Shown piece by piece: positions 52,425 to 64,000 of a stretch of 64,000 bases of DNA; within the stretch, counting starts at the first letter, position 1; each line of letters opens with the position of its first letter. Source of the stretch: Malacoraja senta. Its lineage: Eukaryota. Location: contig JAXLNO010001453.1 in assembly GCA_038087875.1 (NCBI GenBank), positions 1-64,000 on the forward strand, in the 5' to 3' direction. Under the pieces are notes generated by a model that had not been told where the DNA came from, made no database searches, and worked only from the letters and a program-made list of their open reading frames with translations. The translations under genes were made by a program, and so were the position numbers.

Positions 52425-53195
52425 CTTCACTTACTGTTGTGGGACGTATCACTGATGGGGACGACAGAGTATAGAAGAGAGATCGAACGACTGTCCATAT
52501 GGTGCCAACACAATAAACCTGGCCCTCAACGCCAGCAAAACCAAGGAACTGATTGTGGAATTTGGAAAGATTAGGATGGGGACCCACAATCCCGTTAATG
52601 TCAACGGGTCGATAGTTGAAAGGGTCAAGAGCTTCAAATTCCTGGGTGTGCTCATCTCTGAAGACCTTTCCTGGTCCGAGAACACTGATGCAATTAATAA
52701 TAAAGCACATCAGCGCCTCTACTTCCTGAGAAGATTACGGGCAGTCAGTTTGTCAAGGAGGACTCTCCCTTACTACTACAGGTGAACAGTATGGAGCATG
52801 CTGACCGGTTGCATCGTGGCTTGGTTCGGCAACTTGAGCGTACTGGAGCGGAAAAGAGTACAAAACGTAGTAAATACTGCCCAGTCCATCATCGGCTCCC
52901 TTCCATCGAGGGGATCCATCGCAGTCGCTGCCGCAAAAAGGATGGCAGCATCATCAAGGACCCACACTATCCGGGCCACACACTCATCTCCCCGCTACCT
53001 TCAGGTAGAAGGTACAGGAGCCTGAAGACTGCAACAACCAGGTTCAGCAAAAGCTACTTCCGCACAGCCATCAGGCTATTAAACTCGGCTCGGACAAAAC
53101 TCTGAACATTAATAGCCCATTACCTGTTTATTTGCACTTTATCAGTTTACTTATTCATGTGTGTATACATTTATAGAATGCTATATGGACACACT
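52425..53195 (+). mobile_element. Rex1/Babar-like LINE, 3' fragment (duplicate of 3165-3935)
   Basis: Near-identical to copy A. Confidence 0.82.
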
Positions 53196-55076
53196 GATAG
53201 ACATAGTAATATAGAAACATAGAAAATAGGTGGAGGAGGAGGCCATTCGGCCCTTCGAGCCATCACCGCCATTCATTGTGTTCATGGCTGATCGTCCCCT
53301 ATCAATAACCCGTGCCTGCCTTCTCCCCATATCCCTTGACTCCATTAGCCCCTAGAGCTCTATCCAACTCTCTATTAAATCCATCCAGTGATTTGGCCTC
53401 CACTGCCCTCTGTGGCAGGGAATTCAATAAATTCACAACTCTCTGGGTGAAAACGGTTTTTCTCACCTCAGTCTTAAATGACCTCCCCTTTATTCTGAGA
53501 CTGTGGCCCCTGGTTCTGGACTCGCCCAACATTGGTAATATTTTTCCTGCATCTAGCTTGTCCAGTCCTTTCATAATTTTACATGTTTCTATAAGATGCC
53601 GCCTCATCCTTCGAAACTCCAGTGAATACAAGCCTAGTCTTTTCAATCTTTCCTCATATAACAGTCCCGCCATCCCAGGGATCAATCTGGTGAACCTACG
53701 CTGCACTGCCTCAATCACAAGGATGTCCTTCCTCAAATTTGGAGACCAAAACTGTGCACAATACTCCAGATGTGGTCTCACCAGACCCTATACAACTGCA
53801 GAAGAACCTCTTTACTCCTATACAGAAATCCTCTTGTTATGAATGCTAACATTCCATTAGCTTTCTTCACTGCCTGCTGTACCTGCACGTCAACTTTCAG
53901 TGACCGGTGCACAAGGACGCCCAGGTCTTGCTGTACCACCCTCTTACCTAACCTAACCCCATTGAGATGATAATCTGCCTCCTTGTTTTTGCCGCCAAAG
54001 TGGATAACATCACATTTATCTATATTATACTGCATCTGCCACGCCTCTGCCCACTCACTCAACCTGTCCATGTCACCCTGCATCCTCCTAACATCCTCTT
54101 TACAGTTCACACTGCCAACCAGCTTTGTGTCATCCGCAAACTTACTACGTTGCTCCTAATTCCGTCTTCCAAATCATTAATATATATGGTAAACAGTTGC
54201 GGCCCCAACACCGAGTCTTGCCGCACTCCACTCGCCACTGCCTGCCATTATGAAAAGGACCCGGTCACTCCTACTCTTTGCTTCCGGTCTGCCAACCAAT
54301 TTTCTATCCATGTCAACACCCTACCCCCAAACCATGTGCTCTAATCTTAGTCACCAGTCTCCCATGCGGGGCCGTATCAAAGGCTTTCTGAAAGTCTAGA
54401 TACACTACATCCAGTTGGATCCCTTCATCCATTTTACTTGCCACATCCTCAAAAAATTCCAGAAGATTAGTCAAGCATGATTTCCCTTTCATAAATCCAT
54501 GTTGACGGACTAATCCTTTTACTGCTCTCCAAATGCCCCATTATTACCTCTTTAATAATTGACTCCAGCATCTTTCCCACCACCGAAGTCAGGCTAACTG
54601 GTCTGTAATTCCCCGTATTCTCTCTCGCTCTTTTCTTGAAAAGTGGGATAACATTAGCTATCCTCCAATCCACAGGAACTGATCCTGAATCTATTGATCA
54701 TTGGAAAATGATCACCAATGCGTCCACTATTTCTAGAGCCACCTCCCTGAGGACCCTGGGAAGCAGACCATCAGGCCCAGGGGATTTATCTTCCTTCAGT
54801 CCCATTAGCCAACCCAATACTATTTCACGCCTAATGAATATTTCTTTCAGTTGCTCTACCCCCTTAGATCCTCTGTCCTCCAGTACATCTGGGAGATTGT
54901 TTCTGTCTTCCTTAGTAAAGACAAATCCAAAGTACCTGTTCAACTCTTCTTCCATTTCCTTGTGCCCATAATAATTTCACACGTGTCTGCCTTCAAGGGA
55001 CCCACATTTGACTTTGCTACTATTTTCCCCTTAACATATCTTAAGAAGCTTTTTTTACTGTCCTTCTGTATATTCC

Positions 55077-55803
55077 TTTTTTTTTTGATTAATATTTTTA
55101 TTAGAAGCAAACATCTTATAAAGTATAGTAACATATTATAATAGAAAATAAACTTTTCATATACATCAATCATACATTATTAAAATTGTCAATTGTCGAT
55201 TAATTCTGCTTCTAGTGTTTTTTTAATATAGATAGAAAAAGAGAGGTAGAAAGAGAAAAGCATTACAAATATCGAAAAGAAAGAGGTGGAATAAGTTACT
55301 TATAATACGTCATTGGAGATAAGTTCGTAGTTATGAACTATAATTTTACATCTAATCCTGAGTTCAAGCTTCTGTTGGGTTTTCGTGCTGGGCCCATCTA
55401 TCCCTTCAAATAGTTAATGAATGGAGCCCATATTTTAACAAAAAGTTCTTGTTTGTCCATTAAGACAAGTCTAATTCTTTCTAGATGTAGGGTCTCCGAC
55501 ATTTCCACAATCCACATTTTAATTGTGGGGGTTATAGGACCTTTCCAAAATTTTAATATTAATTTTCTCCCAGTTATTATACTGTAGTCAAGGAAGTTTC
55601 TTTGGCTTGTTGTGAGTGTTAAACTTTGTTCTGATATCCCAAGTATTATTAATTTTGAGTCTGGATCCAATTTAGTATTAACAATTTCAGAAATTATTTC
55701 AAAAACATCAATCCAGAAATTTTTGATTTTTATACAATTTGCAAAAGTATGTGTTAAATTGGCCTCTAGATGTAGGCATTTATCCTATATAATGATAAAT
55801 ACC
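55077..55803 (-). mobile_element. L1 3' fragment nested in CR1 (duplicate of 5820-6545)
   Basis: ORF 55398-55670 and poly-T at 55077. Confidence 0.88.
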
Positions 55804-56967
55804 TTCCGGCTACTCTTTGCTGTGTTATACATCGTTTCTTTTAGTTATATTCTATCTCTAACTTCTTTTGTCAACCACGGTTGCCTCCTAACCCCCTTAG
55901 AATCTTTCTGCCTTTATGGAATGAAATGATCCTGCGTCTTCCGGATTATGCCCAGAAATTCCTACCATTGCTGTTCCACCGTCATTTCTGCTAGGATCCC
56001 CATCCTGTCTACTTTGGTCAGCTCTCCTCTCATGCCTTCATAGTCCCCTTTGTTCAACTGCATCACTGCCACTTCCGATTTTACGTTCTCCTTCTCAAAT
56101 TGCAGATTAAAACTAATCATATTATGATCACTACCACCAAGCGGTTCCTTTACCTCGAGTTCTCTTATCATAACTGGTTCACTGGACAGCACTAAATCCA
56201 GAATTGCCTTTTCTCTGGTGGGCTCCATTACAAGCTGCTCTAAGAATCCATCTCGGAGGCATTCTACAAACATCTATTTCTTGGGGTCCTGAACCAACCT
56301 GATTTTACCAGCCTACCTGCATATTGAAATCCCCCATCACCACAGTGGAATTACCTTTGTTACATGCCAGTTTTAACTCCTGCTGCAACTTACACCCTGC
56401 ATCCGGGCTACTCTTTGGGGATCTGTAAATAACACCAATTCGTGTCTTCTTGCCTTTGCAATTCATCAACTCAATCCACAGTGACTCTACCTCGTCAGTC
56501 TATATGGGTCGCAAGGGTCTGAATTCCCTCCCTCACCAGCAAAGCTACCCCCCTCCTCTGCCCACCTGCTACCCCCCTCCTCTGCCCACCTGCCTGTCCT
56601 TTCTATAGGATGTATAACCCTGAATATTAAGTTCCCAGGCCCTATCCTCCTGCAGCCATGTCTCAATAATCCCCACAATGTCATATCTACCAACCCCTAA
56701 CTGAGCCTCAAGCTCATCTACTGTACTTCTTATACTTCGCGCATTCATATACAATACTTTTAATTCCTTACGCATCTCACCTTTCACATCGATCCCTATT
56801 ACAATTGGCCATACTCTCCTATCCCTTTGTGAGCTTTCCTTCCCGTTAATTCTGGGGTCATTAACCATCCCTTTACTCTCTTTCCCTTTAACTCCATCCT
56901 CGACTATCCCATTTGACACCCCACCCACCTTATTCAGTTTAAAACCACCCGTGTAGCAGTGGCAAAC

Positions 56968-58726
56968 TGCTTTCAACAGATTTGACTGCCCCACACCACC
57001 CCAGCCTCCCCCACCTGGTCTGCTGACCATTGCTGCTTCCTCTCCACCTCCCCTCCCTCTCTCCATCGTCTCCATCACTCCTGAGATGTCACCTGTGCGG
57101 AATCCCCTCTTTCCACCTCCCATTCCACCAGCAGCCCCACCTATGACTCTTCATACTGCTCAGGTCAAGATGATGCTGGACAGACTGAAGCCAGGGAAAG
57201 CAGTGGGGCCTGATGACACCAGCCGAAGGCTACTGAAGACCTGCTCTTCAGAGCTGTGTGGTATTGTAACACACCTGTTCAACCTGAGCTTGCGTCTACA
57301 GAAGGTTCCAAGGCTGTGGAAAACATCTTGCCTGGTACCTGTCCCAAAGAAGACCCATCCCACTCACCACAATGACTACAGACCAGTAGCGCTCACTTCA
57401 CGTATTATGAAGACATTTGAGAGATTTGTCCTTTCCTACATCAGGACTAGTGTGTCAAATCAAATGGATCCTTTACAGTTTGCATATCAGCCTAACAACA
57501 GTGTCGATGATGCCCTCATTTACATGCTGCAGAGGGTGTACACACATTTGGACACTACTGATGCATCTGTAAGGATTACGTTTTTTGACTTCTCAAGCGC
57601 CTTCAACACAATTCATCCCCGACTGCTAGTGGAGAAGATGGAGAAGATGAAAGTGGATCCATCACTGGTACTGTGGTGTTTGGATTACCTTTCCCTCAGA
57701 CCACAGTACGTGCGCCTACAGAACAACAATGTCTCAAGCACCATCTTGAGCAGCACAGGGGCTCCACAAGGAACTGTGCTGGTTCCATTCCTGTTTACCA
57801 TCTACACAGCGGATCTCCGATATAATACCAACAGCTGCTTTTTGCAGAAATTTTCGGATGACACAGCTGTTGTTGGCCTCATTAAAGGGGGCAATGAGGA
57901 GGAGTATAGAGACATGATAAGTAACTTTGTGGAGTGGAGTGCACCCAATTACCTCCTTCTTAACACCACAAAAACCAAGGAGATAGTTGTGGACTTCAGG
58001 AGGGGGAGGAGAAGGACTCAAGCAACACCAATCACCATTAAGGGCACTGAGGTGGAGGTGGTCGCTAACCACAGGTACCTTGGTGTGCAGCTTGACAGTG
58101 AGCTGGACTGGAAGTGTAATATGGAGGCGGTGTACAGGAAGGGACAAAGCCGACTGTATTTTTTAAGGAGGCTGAGGGCATTTAACATCTGCCAACCCCT
58201 ACTGTGCAGTGTCTACCATTCAGTGGTGGCCAGTGCTCTGTTTTTTGCGGTGGCCTGTTGGGGAGATGGCGCCCGCATAGCGGACAAAAACAGGCTGGAC
58301 AAGCTGATCAGGAAGGCCGGCTCAGTGGTCGGGGCTGAGCAACGAACGGTCCAGCAGGTGGCAGAGGCCAGAACTCTCAACAAACTGGGTTCTATAATGA
58401 CCAACCCCACTCACCCACTCCATGCCCTGAAGGTGATCAAGAGCAGCATCTTCAGTCAGAGACTGATTGCACCAATGTGCAAAACTGACAGACATAGGAA
58501 GTCCTGTTTACCAGCTGCTATAAGGTTATATAATGCGCATAAATAACTGCACTTTTTTATTCTTTAATTGTATTTTAACTTGTATGTTAACTTGCATTTT
58601 AACTTGTTAAGTATGGCAGCTATTTGAGGAAATGTGTGGTGTTATGTCTGTCTTGAAGCTGTCGTGGCACTGTAATTTCCTGCAAAGGATTATTAAAGGT
58701 ATAATCAATCAATCAATCAATCAATC
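56968..58726 (+). mobile_element. Rex1/Babar-like LINE (duplicate of 7716-9465), RT frame 57086-58546
   Basis: 486-aa RT ORF and (TCAA)n tail. Confidence 0.9.
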
Positions 58727-60523
58727 GAACCTGCCTGCCAGAATGCGGATCCCTCACCTGTTAAGATGCAATCCGTTCCTTTTGTACAGCCCCCCTTACT
58801 CCAAAACAGATCCCAGTGATCTAAGAATCTAAATCCCTGCCCCCTGCACCAGTTCCTCAGCCACACATTCAGGTCCCGTACCTCCCTGTTTCTGCTCTCG
58901 CCAGCACGAGGAAGTGGAAGCAAACCGGAGATAACAACTCTGGATGTCCTGCTGTTCAGCATTTTTCCGAGCTCTCTAAAGTGACGCTGCAGAATATTCA
59001 TCCCCTTCTTTCAGAGGTAGTTTGTGCTGACATGCACTACCACTTCCGACTGTTCACCTTCGCCCTTGAGGATTTTCTGCACTCTGTCCGTGACATCCTG
59101 CATCCTGGCACCAGGAAGGCAGCACACCATCCTCGAATCCCGTCTATTGCCGCAGAAACCCCTGTCCGTACCTCTCACAATGGAGTCTCCAACTACAATG
59201 GCGTTGTCTGACGTTGGCCTCTTTGGATTTGGCTCAACAGCCCTTTTTGCTTCGCAAGCCAGTGCGCCGCTCAGTGTGATAACGTATTCTGTCCCGACAG
59301 CTTCTAAGTGGGTGAACCTGTTCACAAGATGTACAACACCCGGGGACGTTTGCATTCCATGTTTCCCTCCCTTTCTCACCGTCACCCACCTTCTCTCTTC
59401 CAGTACCTTACATGTAACAATCGTACTGTAGGAAAAGGAACGACTCAGTTTCTCGGACGAACCTGAGGTCATCCACTTGCTTCTCCAGTTCCCCAACACT
59501 GTCCTTCACGAGCTGTACCTGGATGTACTTCTCACATTTGTAGCAGCGGTGTCCTTGACCTCCCACATACTGAAAGCATCACACTGAATCAGCTTACCTG
59601 ACGTGTCCTTATTTCGTCTCTCCCTCTCCAGCGTTTTGCGTAGCCTCCTCTCCTCAGCCTGCTCGCCGAAGACTCTCGAGGCAAAGACTCACACATTTCT
59701 CACAGGGCACTTCACTCACAAGGCCGCTCACTCACTGCCGCTCCCTAAGAGCCGTCTTGCTTATATTGACTGATAAATTATCTTTGTTGCAGTTGCTTCA
59801 AAATCCACGGGAGCTCTGAGTAAAGTCTGCCTGTGCTTTGCCTCTCCTTTTCAACTCTTTTCCCCCTCTGACTCACTTCTACCTCTCCTCCCACTCGGGC
59901 TAGAGCCAATCAGTGTTTTCTCCTGATCTGTTCTGTAGTCATGTCTACTATGTTCTGATGTGCTGAAGAAAAGCAAGAATGTCATTGTCCTATCAGGGAC
60001 ACATGACAATAAATTCTCTTGAATGTTGAATCTTGAATGATCACATTGAATGGCAGTGTTGGCTCGAAGCGCCGAATGGCCTAGTCCTTCGCCGATTGTC
60101 TATTGAAAAGGAGCTAATCAGCCACTCTCCAACTCCGTCTTATCTGCAGGACCTTCTTTCTCTGCTTCCAGACCCATAAACTAATTTACTGCACAAACAC
60201 ATGTGTTACTTTTTAAGCTAGGGGGCTCGACTGTTGCAAGTAAATTAACAGGCACAATCCTCGGCAACGTGCAGGCTCTGCGATCGTTTCGTTGAACACC
60301 TCAGCTCAATTCGCCTAAAACTGCTTGATCTCCCGCTTGCTAAACACTTTAACTCCCCCTTCCATTCCACACTGACCTCTCTGGGCTGGGTCTCCTGCAT
60401 TGTTGGAGGAGTCAAAATTGTCCCCTCTTACTTTTTACTCGAATCTGCTTGATAACGTACCCTGCTTCTGCAAAGTATTTTACACTTCAACCGCGTGGAG
60501 AGTTTACGAATGGCAACAGCGTT

Positions 60524-60963
60524 TTTAAACCCCTTGCCTACCGTTCCTCCTCATTCTGTTGCTCAAACTGCAGACGGTCAGACAAACCCTGGCGGTCAAT
60601 AGAGCCCGCGGGAGACCCCGGGCTGAGAATAATGGAGCAAACAGTGAGCTAGCAATGAAGAACAGAGGAATGTCCATCATCTTACTGATGGCAATCTAGT
60701 GAAGCTGTATTGTGTTGCGTTCGCCTTACCTTGTAAATGTTATATTTGTAAATGTTACAAGCATTAGCTGTGCTAGCCGGTTTAATGCCACTGATCCAAA
60801 GTTTAACCTCCAAGAAAGTGGATGCATTCTGGTGCTTCTGAACTCCACCAACTCGTGCATTTATGAAGGGACGCAGACCAAATTCCGAGAGTATTTGAAG
60901 AATACGGCTAAATACCCCCTGGGTCTATTTAGACGAATGTTTACATATTGTGAACGTCTCTAA
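60524..60963 (+). pseudogene. Ancient GPR139-like GPCR relic (duplicate of 11262-11694)
   Basis: One frame from 60601: RARGRPRAENNGANSELAMKNRGMSIILLMAI**SCIVLRSPYLVNVIF...QESGCILVLLNSTNSCIYEGTQTKFREYLKNTAKYPL*, covering ICL3, TM6, TM7 and helix 8. Confidence 0.8.
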
Positions 60964-61954
60964 AGTAAGCGGGTGATTTACATTTTTATTTTCACTAACA
61001 CAGTTAATGCGAGTGAACTCATAAGGGAGGGTGTTATATGGTGATATGGTTATGTCATTGGGGCAGTCAAGAAGACCTGTAGAATATTTCGAGCTAAATT
61101 TCCATGAAAGTTTACCTATATATCATGTTCACTCTTTTCAGCGAATGCCGACGGTATTGGGCAGAAAATAATTTGTTTGGGGCAATTATTTGTAGTGAAT
61201 CTAATAGGATGCGGTGTTGCTTCAGTGGGGAAGGAGGGAACTAGTTGCAGTTCTATACGTGACCGCGCGAGGGCGCGTTCCTCTTAGAACTGGTACTTCA
61301 CAGTTGCATCCGATGAAATCAGTGCTTCGTTGTATTGTCTTCGAGTAACACATCTAGTACCTGTTCTTTTACACAAAGACCCCCTATAGAAATTTAAATC
61401 TCTGGTAAAATAAAATTTTAATGGCACAAAGCAAGGCCACTAATCAAGTCATTCTGCTGTCTATTAAATTGGACTTAGATATTCCTGTTTTATACCAATG
61501 TCATTAGAATCGACGTCTGAGATTTTCTTCATTTTACTCCATGTTACATTGTGCAGCTTATTGTGATGCAATGAAGCCCGGGTAACTGATCGTATAGATG
61601 TAGACCCTATTTTCTTAGAAGCATGCTGTTCACATGCTGGAAGTACATTGTTGGAACAAACTCATCTCGTTTGTGATTGCAAATAAAATGTGACGGCCCA
61701 GATATTTAACTTTCTATTATTTTAATTGGGACAATGGAATGAGGCAGGAATATACAGTGGAAAGCCTTGTTTCACACCGGGCCATGAGCTTTTCTGGTAT
61801 TTCTGTTCCGGGCACTCCCAATTCTATGTCCCGTAATACACTGTCAGGACTCGTTACATGTGGACCCCGGCTCCCTCCGTCCAGCCTCATCAAAAACATT
61901 TCCATTCAATTCCCCCATGGATCACATTCAGCGACTTTGTTTCAAGTCATAAAA

Positions 61955-62490
61955 TGATAGAAATTGGCCTCCACTGCTTTCTCAGGCAGCGAATTCCACT
62001 CCGAGTGAAAAAGGTTTCCCTCATCTCCGTTCGAAATAGCCTACACCTTGTTCTTAAACTATGGCCCCTAGTTCTGGACTCTGTCAACATCGGGAACATG
62101 GTTCCTGCCTCCATCGTGTCCAATCCCTTAATAATATTTTATGTTTCAATAAGATCCCCTCTCATCTTACTAAATTCCAGCGTATACAAGCCCATCCGCT
62201 CGATTCTATCCACATATGACTGTCCCGCCATCCCGGGAATTAACATCGTGAACGTACGGTGCACTCCTTCAATATCTAGAGTGCCGTTCCTCAAATCTGG
62301 AGACAAAAACTGCACACAATACTCCAGGGGTGGTCTCTTTAGGGCTCTGAACAACTACAGAAGGACCTCTGGCTCCTTTACTCAATTCCTCTTGTTATGA
62401 TGGCCAACGTGCAATTAGCTTTCTGCACTACTCCTGTACCTGCATGCTTACTTTCAGTGAGTGATGAACAAGAACCCCCAGGTGATACCC
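61955..62490 (-). mobile_element. CR1 3' fragment (duplicate of 13066-13600; tail deleted)
   Basis: ORF 62139-62354 RPPLEYCVQFLSPDLR. About 370 bp present in copy A is missing at ~61955. Confidence 0.8.
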
Positions 62491-62666
62491 ATCACCTTCT
62501 CAAGTACAAAGGTTTCCCTCCCGTTCCTGTTAAATATTTCCCCTCACACCTTTAACCTAATTCCTCTGGTTCTTGATTCTCCAACTCTGGGTAAAGGACA
62601 ATGTGCATTCACGTTCTCCAATCCGCTAATGTTTTCATACACTCAGCCTCCAGCGCTCAAGAGATC

Positions 62667-62956
62667 AGAGATCCGCCGTGGAAACAGGCCATTCGTCCCA
62701 CAGAATCCGAGCTTACCAACGATCACCAACAGTAGCACTATCCTGCAAGCTAGAGACAAGGTACAATTTGCAGACGTTAAAAATAAACCATATTTCTGTA
62801 CATATTTCTAGTCTGGGAGGGAACCGGAACACCCGGAGAAAACCCAGGCAGTCATCAGGAGAACTTGCAAAATCGCTACTGACAGCACCGTACTCAGGTT
62901 CTAATCCGGGTGCCTGACACTGCAAGGGAGCAACTCTACCGCTACGACACGATGCC
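62667..62956 (-). mobile_element. HE1-like SINE (duplicate of 13781-14070)
   Basis: Colinear with copy A. Confidence 0.75.
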
Positions 62957-63878
62957 GCCTAATTTAGTCCTACCCAGCTCAACCGATCCTTTTTGCGTAG
63001 TCGCTCGAGGGAGTATAGTAGAGCTGTGATATGGAACACCCTTCTAGTGAAGGGGTTGTCATGTTGCTGTTGTGGGGGAATTCCCAGACTATAGCGATGC
63101 AGAGAAGTAATTCAGTACCGGCTCATTGAGCAAAAACAGTAATTACTGCTTTAAGGTATTTGCATATTTGTGCAGTCGCCCACTGGGAAAGGCACCAGGC
63201 GTATTTAAAGTGTTTAATTTTACTGCCCTCACGTGACTATCCATCAAGGGCTTTACTTTAGCAGTTGCTGTAGCTACGCATCTGGTGTCCAGTGATATAT
63301 CCAGCGACTCAGATCTGGATTACTCAGCAGGGCCCAATGGCGAACTACCCATCTATATTACTGGTAATCCGCCATTTGCGGTGGTATATTTTGGTTTATA
63401 GACTTCCTATTCTTCCCGAGTCCCGGACGATTTTGCTGCTATTAGTAAAGGCCAATCACTACCTGAAATTAGAAAGTCTGTCAGGGTGTCGGTAAAGTGG
63501 AATTGGTTAACGTAATTCTGACAATTCCGGGCCAGCCCATCCTCCATCCAGTGACACCCACGGTTCTATAATTAAAACAGATAATTCTGCAGTTATTAAA
63601 CAGGTTATCCAGGACCGAGAGAAAGTGAAACAGAACAAACGTTTCAGATCTCTGGTCACATTTCCTATCCCGCTGCCAAGTGTCGTAAGAGCTCTTGTAA
63701 TTCTCTGCAGCTATTGGCTAATGATATGGAAACGGATTCCGGAGAAGCAGCTCGCAGTTGGAAACAATCAAACCACCAGGACACCTGCACAGAATGAAAG
63801 CAAACCGACAACTGAGAGAGAAGAGTAAAGCAGGCACATCCAACCGCATCAGCGGAGCAGAGAACAAGACAACGGCGA

Positions 63879-63916
63879 TGTTTTTGTAAGGGGCTTAACT
63901 TGTTCCCATCACTGTG
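63879..63916 (-). other. V(D)J RSS, 22-bp spacer (second copy)
   Basis: cactgtg at 63910-63916 and tgtttttgt at 63879-63887; two spacer substitutions relative to copy A. Confidence 0.95.
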
Positions 63917-64000
63917 CGCCTCAGTGCGCAGTAATAGACTGCAGAGTCGCTGAGATCCAGCCCTGAGATACTCAAACTGGTGAACTTAGTCGCTGTATTG
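63917..64000 (-). CDS. TRAV/TRDV: TCR alpha/delta-type V segment, 3' end (FR3; the rest is beyond the window)
   Basis: NTATKFTSLSISGLDLSDSAVYYCALR; these 84 bp are identical to 15031-15114. Confidence 0.88.

Larger units (their letters stand above)
53197..59760 (-). mobile_element. Near full-length CR1 (duplicate of 3938-10500)
   Basis: Same ORF fragments and same nested insertions as copy A. Confidence 0.9.
49359..64000. repeat. Segmental duplication, copy B (truncated by window end)
   Basis: Colinear duplicate of 1-15114. Confidence 0.97.

Overview
Repeat-dense vertebrate genomic DNA. The CR1 tails (ATAGAAAC)n and (GACAATA)n and the HE1-like SINEs point to a cartilaginous fish, probably a skate or ray (inference). 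The window holds about 1.3 turns of a ~49 kb tandem segmental duplication (1-15114 recurs at 49359-64000). One full period contains four genes or gene relics. (i) An apparently functional TCR alpha/delta-type V segment on the minus strand: split leader, leader exon 15451-15496, V exon 15031-15337, RSS CACAGTG-22bp-ACAAAAACA. The 3' end and RSS of its duplicate lie at the window edge. (ii) An intact two-exon class A GPCR of the GPR139/GPR142-like family (22093-22162 + 23033-23946, 327 aa). (iii) A close pseudogene paralogue of that receptor; the copy at 50509 lost exon 1 to a CR1 insertion, and the copy at 1150 shares the visible right-hand junction. (iv) A much older GPCR relic (11262, 60524). 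Most of the remainder is nested retroelements: CR1, Rex1/Babar-like LINEs, an L1-clade element with an intact 1263-aa ORF2 and target-site duplication, tRNA-derived SINEs and an internally deleted Ty3/Gypsy element. The most notable feature is the interleaving and co-amplification of a rearranging antigen-receptor V segment with a birth-and-death GPCR family. All alignments were done by eye and no database searches were run, so element boundaries are approximate unless a junction is quoted.
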